Below, piece by piece: positions 39,749 to 50,300 of a stretch of DNA of 64,000 bases. Under the pieces are notes generated by a model. That model was not told where the DNA came from. It did no database searches and worked only from the letters and a program-made list of their open reading frames with translations. How positions within the stretch are numbered: the first letter of the stretch is position 1; each line of letters begins with the position of its first letter. Source of the DNA: Hormiphora californensis (taxonomy: Eukaryota > Animalia > Ctenophora). The stretch is from the NCBI GenBank assembly GCA_020137815.1, contig CM035358.1, positions 2,170,001 through 2,234,000 of the forward strand, given 5' to 3'. The translations under genes were made by a program, and so were the position numbers.

Positions 39749-41254
39749 TTAGAACATAACAATACCACGGCCAGGCCTAGGATGATTTGTCCTGATGTGA
39801 AGGGTTAAACTTTCCTCAGTCGCCGCGATAAATCTACAGCGTGGACATGATAATTTGGCACTTTTCCACCCCCTCTTTCTCTGCACCGCCCCTATTTTTG
39901 CCTCGATCCGTTTTCCTATCGCAGCCAATTTTGTCATATTTTCAGGTCTGCCTGTCTGCGTTCCGTAAGGGCATAACAGTCCCCGGGGTGGTGGTTTGAG
40001 TGGTGCTGCAGTCGGGCCAGGATTTACCGAGATGCTTGGAGAAAAGGGATCCGAGTTTGAGTAAGATTTGGTTAACTCCCAATGCTGGGGTTCCGGTAAA
40101 CTGGGTTCCGGTAAATCGGGATCCAAATGTTTTGTCATTTCTCTCTCTTGACGGTTTGTCCGTTTGTCTGATTGTGATTCCTGCGTCTGGATCTCGTGAT
40201 AGTTTTGAGATACTGATTTAGGAGCTATCGGCCGATACTTTTTTGAGAGCTGCTCCATTTCATTATTTGGTATATATCTTTTAGCTGTGCAAATCAGCTC
40301 CCTGTTAGGTGAGGTAGGCCGGGTAATTCCTCCATCTGCTGACGAGGGCTTACAGGATAAATGAACCTCATTCGACCTGCCAAGGAATTGAACGTAATTT
40401 GACCTGGCAAGGAATTGAACCTCATTTGACTTGCCACGGCTATTATAAATGAGGGGGTACACAGCCGGGTGTTCTAATCTCATGTGTCTATAGAGGCAAC
40501 CAAAATACTTTGTCTTATAGTCACAATAATCACAATGTTTAAGAAAATTGGGACGGACTTTTATCCTTTTAGGATGTTTCTCCCGAATGTGTTGATCCAA
40601 CGCACCATGACACGTTGTCTTATAGTCACAGAAATTGCAATGTTGTTCCAGATCTGTATGGATGGTCTGAGAAGGAGGACTCCGTGAGGTGGGAGATAAA
40701 TGGCACGGAGAGATATTCACCCCAAGTGGGGTAGGCGAAGGAGTGGAACTGGATCGATGGAGAGCTGCAGGAGTGGTGTTGTGTTTAGCAGTAGCTGAAG
40801 GTGTTGTGTTGGGTTTAGGAGTAGCTGAAGGTGTTGTGTTGGGTTTAGGAGTAGCTGAAGGTGTTGTGTTGAGCTTAGGAGTAGCTGAAGGTGTTGTGTT
40901 GAGCTTAGGAGTAGCTGAAGGTGTTGTGTTGAGCTTAGGAGTAGCTGAAGGTGTTGTGTTGAGCTTAGGAGTAGCTGAAGGAGCGGTTCTGGTATTGTCC
41001 TGTTTGGAAAGAGGAGTGGTATTGGCCTGTTCGGAGGGAGTAGAGCTCCAAACTAACTCACACAGCTCCGGGTCCTCCACTAATGAAGTAGCCGTACTCC
41101 GGTAAAGAAAATCCTTATTTCTGGATGGTGGAACATTACCTATTCTGTATGCCAGTGACCCAGTCCCGCTAGTATTACAAGCCTCTTGCAGGGACACATC
41201 CCACGCCTCAGAGATCTCTTTGAGGATGTCCCAAACTACTGTATCAGCCGTCAT
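39749..41254 (-). CDS. C2H2 zinc-finger protein, paralog 3 (501 aa, with TPSATPKLN repeats)
   Basis: Intact ORF with CNFCDYKT...HIREKH, CDYCDYKT...HMRLEH and CPRC...HIRTNH. Confidence 0.8.
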   Translation of the reverse strand: MTADTVVWDILKEISEAWDVSLQEACNTSGTGSLAYRIGNVPPSRNKDFLYRSTATSLVEDPELCELVWSSTPSEQANTTPLSKQDNTRTAPSATPKLNTTPSATPKLNTTPSATPKLNTTPSATPKLNTTPSATPKPNTTPSATPKPNTTPSATAKHNTTPAALHRSSSTPSPTPLGVNISPCHLSPTSRSPPSQTIHTDLEQHCNFCDYKTTCHGALDQHIREKHPKRIKVRPNFLKHCDYCDYKTKYFGCLYRHMRLEHPAVYPLIYNSRGKSNEVQFLARSNYVQFLGRSNEVHLSCKPSSADGGITRPTSPNRELICTAKRYIPNNEMEQLSKKYRPIAPKSVSQNYHEIQTQESQSDKRTNRQEREMTKHLDPDLPEPSLPEPQHWELTKSYSNSDPFSPSISVNPGPTAAPLKPPPRGLLCPYGTQTGRPENMTKLAAIGKRIEAKIGAVQRKRGWKSAKLSCPRCRFIAATEESLTLHIRTNHPRPGRGIVMF

Positions 41255-41664
41255 AGTGTCTAGATAGGGGGAGAAATGTATTAGATACTGGGAGAGAGTG
41301 AGGGGAGGGAGAGATGGGGATATATGAGGTACTGGAAGATGAGGTGTTACAGAGGGAGAGGGAGGGGGGAATAAGGGGTTCAGGAATCAGGAGACGAAGG
41401 GTGAAGACAAAAACAAGGAGAATTCGTTTAATAAAAAACGCATTCACATAAAACAGAGCGTGGAACGTCCCTGAACCGCTACCTGAATGATGCTGATGTT
41501 GTCTAACAGTAGGTGATGGTGTCACATGTCTAACAGTAGGTGATGGTGTCACATGTCTAACAGTAGGTGATGGTGTCACATGTCTAACAGTAGGTGATGG
41601 TGTCACATGTCTAACAGTAGGTGATGGTGTCACATGTCTAACAGTAGGTGATGGTGTCACGTGC

Positions 41665-42879
41665 CTAACTAGCGATGATGACGCCACGATAACACTTGAT
41701 CGGGTGTTTGTTACGCATGTGGTTCCGGAGGGTCGCCCAGGATTTACTCTTGTAATCGCACTCCTGGCAAGACCACTCCTTGTCCCTTTGTCCCCCGCTC
41801 GCGATCCTCTCCTGGATTCGATCCGCTATGCAGGGCATCTTGCCCTTGGGTCGACCCGTTGGTGGAATGGGGACTAACTCCGACGGTATATCAAACTCAA
41901 AGGGGCATGGTTGACGGGGAGGTGGTCGGGGAGGTGCCTGTATTTGGGGAGGTCGAATTTGAGGTCGGGGCAATATCGGCCGATACTTTTTTGAGAGCTG
42001 CTCCATTTCGGCGTCCCGTTCTTCTGGTATATATCTTTTAGCTGTGCAAATCAGCTCCCTGTTAGGTGAAGTAGGCCGTGTAATTCCTTCCTCTGCTGAT
42101 GATGACTTACAGGATAAATGCACCTCATTCGACCTGTCAAGGAATTGAACCTCATTTGACCTGCCAAGGTTTTGATTGGATTGCAGTTCCCTGTTATTAA
42201 TAAGGGGGTACACAGCCGGGTGTTCTAATCTCATGTGTCTATAGAGGCAACCAAAATACTTTGTCTCGTAGTCACAATAGTCACAATGATTAACATGTGC
42301 ATAACTATCACGGACCAGGACCTTTATCCGTTTAGGATGTTTCTCCCGAATGTGTTGATCCAACGCACCATAACACGTTGTCTTATAGTCACAAAAATTG
42401 CAATGTTTTGTATTCTTGGGAAGAATGGTCTGAGTAGGAGGACTCCGTGGGTCGGGAGATAAATGGCACGGAGAGATATTCACCCCAAGTGGGGTAGGCG
42501 AGGGAGTGGAACTGGATCGATGGAGAGCTGCAGGAATGGTGTTGAGCTTAGGAGTAGCTGAAGGTATGGTGTTGAGCTTAGGAGTAGCTGAAGGTATGGT
42601 GTTGAGTTTAGGAGTAGCTGAAGGTGTTGTGTTGAGCTTAGGAGTAGCTAAAGGTGTGGAGGGAGTGGAACCCCAAATAAACTCACACAGCTCCGAGTCC
42701 TCCACTATTGAAGTAGCCGTACTCCCGCAAAGGAAATCCTTATTTCTGGATGGTGGAATATTACCTTTTCTGTATGCCAGTGACCCAGTCCCGCTAGTAT
42801 TACAAGGCTCTTGCAGGGATACATCCCACGCCTCAGAGATCTCTTTGAGGATGTCCCAAACTACTGTATCAGCCGTCAT
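41665..42879 (-). CDS. C2H2 zinc-finger protein, paralog 2 (chimeric; possibly a pseudogene)
   Basis: The N-terminal part is nearly identical to paralog 3 (MTADTVVWDILKEIS...), and the C-terminal part is nearly identical to paralog 1 (QPCPFEFD...WSCQECDYKSKSWATLRNH). Confidence 0.72.
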   Translation of the reverse strand: MTADTVVWDILKEISEAWDVSLQEPCNTSGTGSLAYRKGNIPPSRNKDFLCGSTATSIVEDSELCEFIWGSTPSTPLATPKLNTTPSATPKLNTIPSATPKLNTIPSATPKLNTIPAALHRSSSTPSPTPLGVNISPCHLSPDPRSPPTQTILPKNTKHCNFCDYKTTCYGALDQHIREKHPKRIKVLVRDSYAHVNHCDYCDYETKYFGCLYRHMRLEHPAVYPLINNRELQSNQNLGRSNEVQFLDRSNEVHLSCKSSSAEEGITRPTSPNRELICTAKRYIPEERDAEMEQLSKKYRPILPRPQIRPPQIQAPPRPPPRQPCPFEFDIPSELVPIPPTGRPKGKMPCIADRIQERIASGGQRDKEWSCQECDYKSKSWATLRNHMRNKHPIKCYRGVIIAS

Positions 42880-43202
42880 AGTGTCATGGTGTCTAGATAT
42901 GGGGAGAGATGTATTAGATACTGGGAGAGAGTGAGGGGAGGGGGAGAGATGGGGATATATGAGGTACTGGGAGAGAGGGAGTATTACATAGACAGAGAGG
43001 GGAGTGTTACAGAAAGGGGAGAAATAAAGGGTCAAGGAGAGGAAGGGTTTATGGGTGTAGATTGTAGACACTAGACACAAAACAAGGAGGATTCGTTTAA
43101 TAAAAACGCATTTCAAGTTTGTTCACATAAAACAGAGCGCAGTCCAAAACAAACGAAAATTATCTTTCTCATCAGATATGTATATTAAAAAATCATCCAA
43201 TA

Positions 43203-46200
43203 CTACCGAAAAGAACCATCACCATTTTTTAGTTTTTCAGCCATGGTAGAAGGAGGTCTGATCCGGGGTCTGATTACACCAGCTGCTGCGGGAGACGATA
43301 CCGACCCTGAACCGCTACCTGAGTGGTGCTGATGGTGTCTAACAGTAGATGATGGTGTCACATGCCGAATTGCAGCTGATGATGTCGATGTCACGTGTCT
43401 AACAGTAGGTGCCGATGTCGATGTCACGTGTCTAACAGCAGCTGTTGAATTCGATGTCACGTGTCTAACAGGTGATTGTGATGTCACGTGTCTAACAGGT
43501 GATTGTGACGTCACGCTATTCCCGTAGAGGTTGTTCTTGTGAACATGGTGTCCGGGGTGTTTTGATCGGTAGTGCGACAACAAATACTCATCCGTACTCC
43601 CCGTATAGTCACACAGATTACACTTTCTCGGGTGTTTGTTGCGGATGTGGTTCCGGAGGGTTGCCCAGGATTTACTCTTGTAATCGCACTCCTGGCAAGA
43701 CCATTCCTTGTCCCTTTGTCCCCCGCTCACGATCTTCTCCTGGATCCGGTCTGCTATGTGAGGCATCTTAGTAGGCATCTTGGGTCGACCCGTTGGTGGA
43801 ACGGGGACTACCTCCGACGGCATATCAAACTCAAAGGGGCATGGTTGACGGGGTGGTCGTGGAGGTGGTCGAGGTGGTGCCTGCATTTGGGGTGGCCGAA
43901 TTTGAGTTGGTCGGGCAGGTTGCTGTATGGGACGCTGCTGTTGCTTACAGACAGCATGAGCTGACGATGATCCTCCCTTACTGGTAGTATTTCTAGGATC
44001 GTGTGCGTAACCCACTGTCACCGGGTACTGGGCCACATCCTCCAGGGGTTGAGAGCGGTGGATGTTCACAAAGTGCAGTCTAATCTCAAAGTCACTGAAC
44101 ATCACAACATTCGGTGCACAGAGGAGGCAAGTGTAACATTTTGGGGGCCGGGCAGGGCACTCTGTCTCTAGATGTCGTTTGATATCCACCTGCTCCCTTG
44201 TCTTGTAAGGGCAGTAGTTGCACGAGTAGAGGGGAGTGTGACTGTCCTGCATATGTCTGTGTAACGTCTCCTGTGCAGTAGTTTTGTAGGGGCACAACCG
44301 ACACTGGATGACAGTATTCCCACTCCTAATATTGGGTGGAAGGTGAGGGGATACGACGGTGAGGGAGGGTGCCGCTACGGGTGGTGTGGTGCACGTGGTG
44401 GTGTGGTGGACGAAGTATCGGAGATGTCGGGTCTTGTACCCGCAGTTGTGGCACACCATAGGTGACTCCCTGTTGTTGATCAGCTTGATACAGACTGGCT
44501 CGAACTCTACAGGATACTCGAACTCCATTGGGGTGGGGAGAGAGCTGGAGGAAGATTCTTGGTCAGATGGTTCAGTAGAAGGTGTCTGTGGCACAGATTC
44601 TGTTGATGCTGTATCCTTTGTAGCAGGTGATGGTGCTTCATCTAGTTTGGTTGGAGTCATTGAAGGTACGGTGAAGGCAGATGGGTTAGGTGACATGGTG
44701 ACATCCATGGCAGCGTGATTCAGGGTGATAGTCAGATTCTGTTGTTCAATGTGTTGTGACATATTGTGTGTAACAGGGACTGTAACAGGTAGTGTTGCAC
44801 TTGTTGTACTTGTCACACTAGGAGAATGTGGGAGTGGAATTGATCGCCCGACAGTCGTCACAGGTTTGATACCAGTCATTCCACCGACTGTAACAGGTCC
44901 TGTAACGGGTTGCGTAACAGGTTGCGTAACAGGTTGTGTAACAGGTTGCGTAACAGGTTGCCTAACAGGTTGCCTAACGGGTTGCGTAACGGGTTGTGTA
45001 ACGGGTTGTGTAACAGGTTGCGTTAAAGTAGCAGGCCTTTGAGCGACAGGAGTAACAGAAGGTTTCTCCAGCGGCGACTGTGACATAGAGGGTGTCTGCA
45101 ACGGTAACTGTGACATAGAGGGTGTCTGCAGCGATGACATAGATGTTGTTGTTGCTGGTTTCTCCGGTAGAAAACTCTCAGATCTCTCGAGAGTCTTCAG
45201 AGTTACAGTGGGTACTGTATCTGACGTCACAGCCGAAGTCATAGGGGGAGTTGCACTCACAGATGACGTGATAGGGGGAGTTGCACTCACAGCTGATGTC
45301 ATAGGGGGAGTTGCACTAACAGAAGACGTCATAGGGGGAGTTGCACTCACAGATGACATTATAGGGGGAGTTGCACTCACAGGTGCTGTAGTTACACTCT
45401 GAATAGGGGCGGGTGACATAGGAACCGGTGTCATGGAAACAGAGGAAGGTGATGATGACGTCATATTAACAGGTGATGACGTCATTGTAGTTTGTGAAGT
45501 GTGTTCCTGAAACAATGGTGCCCACCTGATACCAGTCCCCGGAGATGCTACCGCTGGAGGTGTTGTTGTGACAGGGTGGGACACTGGTGTTTGCTGCGTT
45601 ACATTTCTCTGGATTTGTTGGTGAGTTTGGTGTGCCGTCACATTAGGCGTAGGAGGAGGTCCCCGTGGAGTCGTTACAGCAGCAATAGGGGTTGTGTGGG
45701 AGGCAGCGGGAGGTATCTGTGATGTCATCGAAACGGCAGGTCCCTGCATTTGTGTTGCTGGTCCCTGCATTTGTGTTGCTGGGCCCTGCATTTGTGTTAT
45801 AGGTCCCTGCATTTGTGGCGCCGTTGCTTGTCGATGGATTTGTGGCGCCGATGTTGGTCCCTGCATCTGTTCTTGTGTTACGGCCGGTCTCAAAGCTGTC
45901 ATTGTCCTCGACACGGCCTGTGAAACAGGAGGTGTAGCAGTCCTTGTAACAGTGCCAAGTCTCTGTAATTTAGGGGGTGAGGGGACGCCTCTCTGATGCA
46001 ACACCCCAGGGAATTGGGGATGTAACACCGGTAACCGAGGTGTGACATGTCTGTGTAACAGTGGGGGTTGTGTTGTGGTCACTATGTGCTGCTGCTGGTA
46101 GCCCTTGTTGCCATGTTGCTGAACCATCAGAGTGGGCTGATGTAGTTGCATGGGAGGGGGCTGCTGCACAAAGTGGACCTGAGGAGAAAAGAGGTTGAAA

Positions 46201-46729
46201 ATTATACTGATAACAATCAAATTATATATATCACCTCACTGTGGTAATAAATTAAATATACCTGAGTGACAGGTTGTCGGATCATAAGTCGCGTTGTGAC
46301 AGTAGGAATAGCAGCAATGGACACTGGAGTCAGTCTAACTGGACGGGGAGGGCTCATTATAAGGACATTGTTAGCTGGCCTCACTAAAACAGGCCTCACT
46401 CCATTCATTTCTGTGATATGAACTCCTTGTTTCTGAGGGCTGATTCCCAGTTTCTGGGGGCTGACTCCCTGTTTCTGGGGGCTGCTAACGGCCACGGACA
46501 CCAGCCGAACTGAAGGCTGGGGACTCGCCCGATGTTGTTTGAGGGGCGACGAGTTGTTGATGTGACCTGTTGCAGTGGCTATCGGGCTAGTTCGGATTGG
46601 TTCGAGTCCTGGGAAGAGAAGTTTTGATGGGTTGTTGTCTGATGATGTTGTTTGTTGGGGTGTTGTTGAGACGGTATTGTTGCTAGTAGCTCCATTAGTT
46701 GATGGGCGGGAAGCAGGTGATTCAGTCAT
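43203..46729 (-). CDS. Large Pro/Thr/Ser-rich C2H2 zinc-finger protein, paralog 1 (exons 46729-46262 and 46178-43203; ~1147 aa)
   Basis: Two long ORFs joined by a phase-0 GT-AG intron; about six CxxCxY...H fingers in the C-terminal half. Confidence 0.82.
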
Positions 46730-46750
46730 ACGATATCACACCGCCATCCT

Positions 46751-46956
46751 AGACACCTATAAAATAGAGGGTGAGACACTTGTAAAATAGAGGGTGAGAC
46801 ACCTATAAAATAGAGGGTGAGACACCTGTAAAATAGAGGGTGAGACACCTATAAAATAGAGGGTGAGACACCTATAAAATAGAGGGTGAGACACCTATAA
46901 AATAGAGGGTGAGACACCTATAAAATAGAGGGTGAGACACTTGTAAAATAGAGGGT
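46751..46956 (-). repeat. 23-bp minisatellite (~9 copies) built on the acceptor upstream of the zinc-finger ATG
   Basis: Minus-strand unit ACCCTCTATTTTATAG|GTGTCTC. Confidence 0.93.
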
Positions 46957-47302
46957 GAATCGGAGGTGAAACACCTATATATAATATTGGGCGAGAAAGG
47001 TCGTTCAATGGACAAAACAGAGGGAATTTGGATTTGGGGGTGAGATGTACATGTCCTATACCGATCGGGTGTGGAATATTCAACATTGCTAGGGATTGGG
47101 AATTAACTGTTGTCGCTTGTAAAAGCTGTTCAAAGAAAGACCTACAAAACAAAATAAAAAACAAATCACCCAGAGTCCTCCTCATTTATTCGACAATCTC
47201 TCTCACCACACACGCCCAAGGTTGTCATACTGTAACGTCGCACACGCTACTTGAGTTTCGCTATTGTGAGACCAGTAAAAGTAGGATAACGTCATCTCCT
47301 TT

Positions 47303-50300
47303 TCAAGAGGGTTCTGCAGATTTGTCTAAAGACCATATCCTAACAGTCTCGTCATCCCCAGCGCTTGCCAGCAGGCTTCCTTTCCAACTCACGCAGTTTA
47401 CATCACCTGGTGGATCAATTAGCTAATTAGATAACAATCAATGTAGTGGATAGGAATAATTAATTGGTTAATTAGTTAATTAGTTAATAAGGTAATTACC
47501 CAATGACGTAACATGTACCTTGGTGGGCGTTTTGTTGAGTGTGCGAAAGGAGAAGAGAAGTACCGTGTGCCTCAAATAATCGGATAGCATTGTCACCACC
47601 GGCTGTGGCAACGTATCTAGAGGGAATTAGGGGATTAATTAGCAGGGAATTAGGGGATTAATTAGCAGGGAATTAGGGGATTAATTAGCAGGGAATTAGG
47701 GGATTAATTAGCAGGGAATTGGGGGATTAATTAGCAGGGAATTAGCAGGGATTAATTAGCAGGGAATTAGGGGATTAATTAGCAGGGAATTAGGGGATTA
47801 AGACCAGAGGGGGGGGTCCGAGGGTCAAAAAATGCACTTTTCTGAGGTTTACATATGTGATGTAACTCGGAGGTAGGAAAGTTTTGGATAGGGTAGCTGC
47901 GCACCAAGTGTATTAGGAGGCCCTGTTTTTTGAGGTTAACTTTTCGCCCAAAATGAATGTAAACCTCAAAAAAGCTTGTATTTATATCACCTACACAGTT
48001 TAAAATGGTACCAATCGATAGATCTTATCAAGGAGACCAAGTATTCAAAGTTTCAGAGGTCTAAGCCATATAGTTGTCCAGATATTTGAGGTTAACATAT
48101 ATCCCAAAAAATAACATTTTGTTGGATAACTTTAGGTCCACAATTTCACTTTATGCTCCACTTCCTGAAGAGACGGCTAGGACCTGGGCCTTGAAACTTG
48201 GCAGTTATGATCCTGAAATGGTGAACTAAAAATCTGGTGCAGCGATTTTTGATTTAGGCCCTAGTTCCTGAAATATTGAGGTTAACATTTTAAAAAGCTT
48301 GATTTTTGAAACGTTAACCTCAATATTTCAGGAACTAGGACCTAAATCAAAAATCGCTGCACCAGATTTTTAGTTCACCATCTCAGGATCATAACTGCCA
48401 AGTTTCAAGGCCCAGGTCCTAGCCGTCTGTTCAGGAAGTGGAGCATAAAGTGAAAAAAATGTTCTGAAATATTCAACAAAAGGTTGTTTTTTGGGAGATA
48501 TGTTAACCTCAAATATCTGAACAACTATGTGGCTTAAAGCTCTGAAACTTTGAACACTTGGTCTCCTTGATAAGATCTATCGATTGGTACCATTTTCATC
48601 TGTTTAGGTGACATAAATACAAGCTTTTTTGAGGTTTACATTGATTTTGGGCCAAAAGTTAACCTCAATTTTCTCCTTAACGGTGCGCGCTAAAACGTTT
48701 CCAACTATTTCATCTGGTCCGGCTCTTCGAGCCGGACCAAACCCCGAAAGTGACTTTTTAGACCCCCCGACCCCCCCCTCTGGCCTTAATTAGCAGGGAA
48801 TTAGCAGGGATTAATTAGCAGGGAATTAGGGGATTAATTAGCAGGGAATTAGGGGATTAATTAGCAGGGAATTAGGGGATTAATTAGCAGGGAATTAGAG
48901 GATTAATTAGCAGGGAATTAGGGATTAATTAGCAGGGGATTAATTAGCAGGGAATTAGGGGATTAATTAGCAGGGAATTAGGAGATTAATTAGCAGGGAA
49001 TTAGGAGATTAATTAGCAAGGAATTAGGGGATTAATTAGCAGGGTTCTGGGGATAGAAATACGCTAGTTAGAGGATCTGATTAGCTGTTAATATTACTCC
49101 TTGAGCACTCCAGTAATGAGTGGATATCCGATATTTAGTGACTAATTATCCACGAATTATCCACTAATTATCTAATAATTATCCACTAATTATCCACTAA
49201 TTATCTACTAATTATCTACTAATTATCCACTAATTATCTACTAAATATCTAATAACTATCTACTAATTATCCACTAATTATCCACTAATTATCCTACCTT
49301 GATCCCCAGCTGACATCATATATTGTTCGAGGATGAAAACCACAGATGCTGCTTTTGCAGGTGTAACGACCCTGAAAAGAAGTAGTGTATTATTAGCAAC
49401 TTTGATCCACAATCCACAGAATTAAGGTAACCCAACACATGCTGAGGACCACCTTTTTGAGGAAGAGCACCGTAAGAACTGGTTAACACAGACCTAACAT
49501 ATATGTAACATAATATAATGTAACATTGTATTACCTCATCTTTACACCAAACCCGCAGAGTTCGATCATCACTGCAGGTTACAAACTTATCCCCTGACTT
49601 ATTGAACGCTATCGACCAAACCGATGAAGAGTGTCCTGCATGGAGAGAATTAGTTAAAAACGCAGTAAGGCGCGAGTGGTTGATAATCGGGGAGGGCGAG
49701 AGAATAAACAGATTGAAAACGCTTTCAAAATCATGAAATTGCTTTTTTTGTGCTGATATTGGCTAGCCCCAACCTGTAAGTGTGTCTGTACATTCCCAGT
49801 CATCTCCGTATTCCTTATACACTCTGATAGTGTCGTCATAGCTGGCTGATAACAAGGTCGGTTCAGTAGGATGCCATAACACTTTCTTAACATCCTGGGT
49901 ATGTACCTGAAATCAGGCATGGAATTAGGAATTAAACAAGGAATTACCTGAAATTACGGGTATACCTGTCAAATAAATGTGACACGTTGAAATATTAAAC
50001 AAACCAACTGCAAGACACTTCACACTGTACTACTACATAAAGTATGTGTATATAATTACAAGTTACAGGTACATACATAGTCACAATTATACACTGTATA
50101 ATTGTGTCAATGTATGTACCTGTAACTTGTAAGCTATACTAGGTAACGCAAGGTACACTCACATGTATACATGTGGATTTGTACCTGTACTGTAAAATAT
50201 TTGTACTGTACCTGTACTGTACCTGTACTGTACCTGTACTGTACTGTAAAATGTGTGTACAAATGCGTTTCATGATGTACACTACCTGGAAGACACACAC

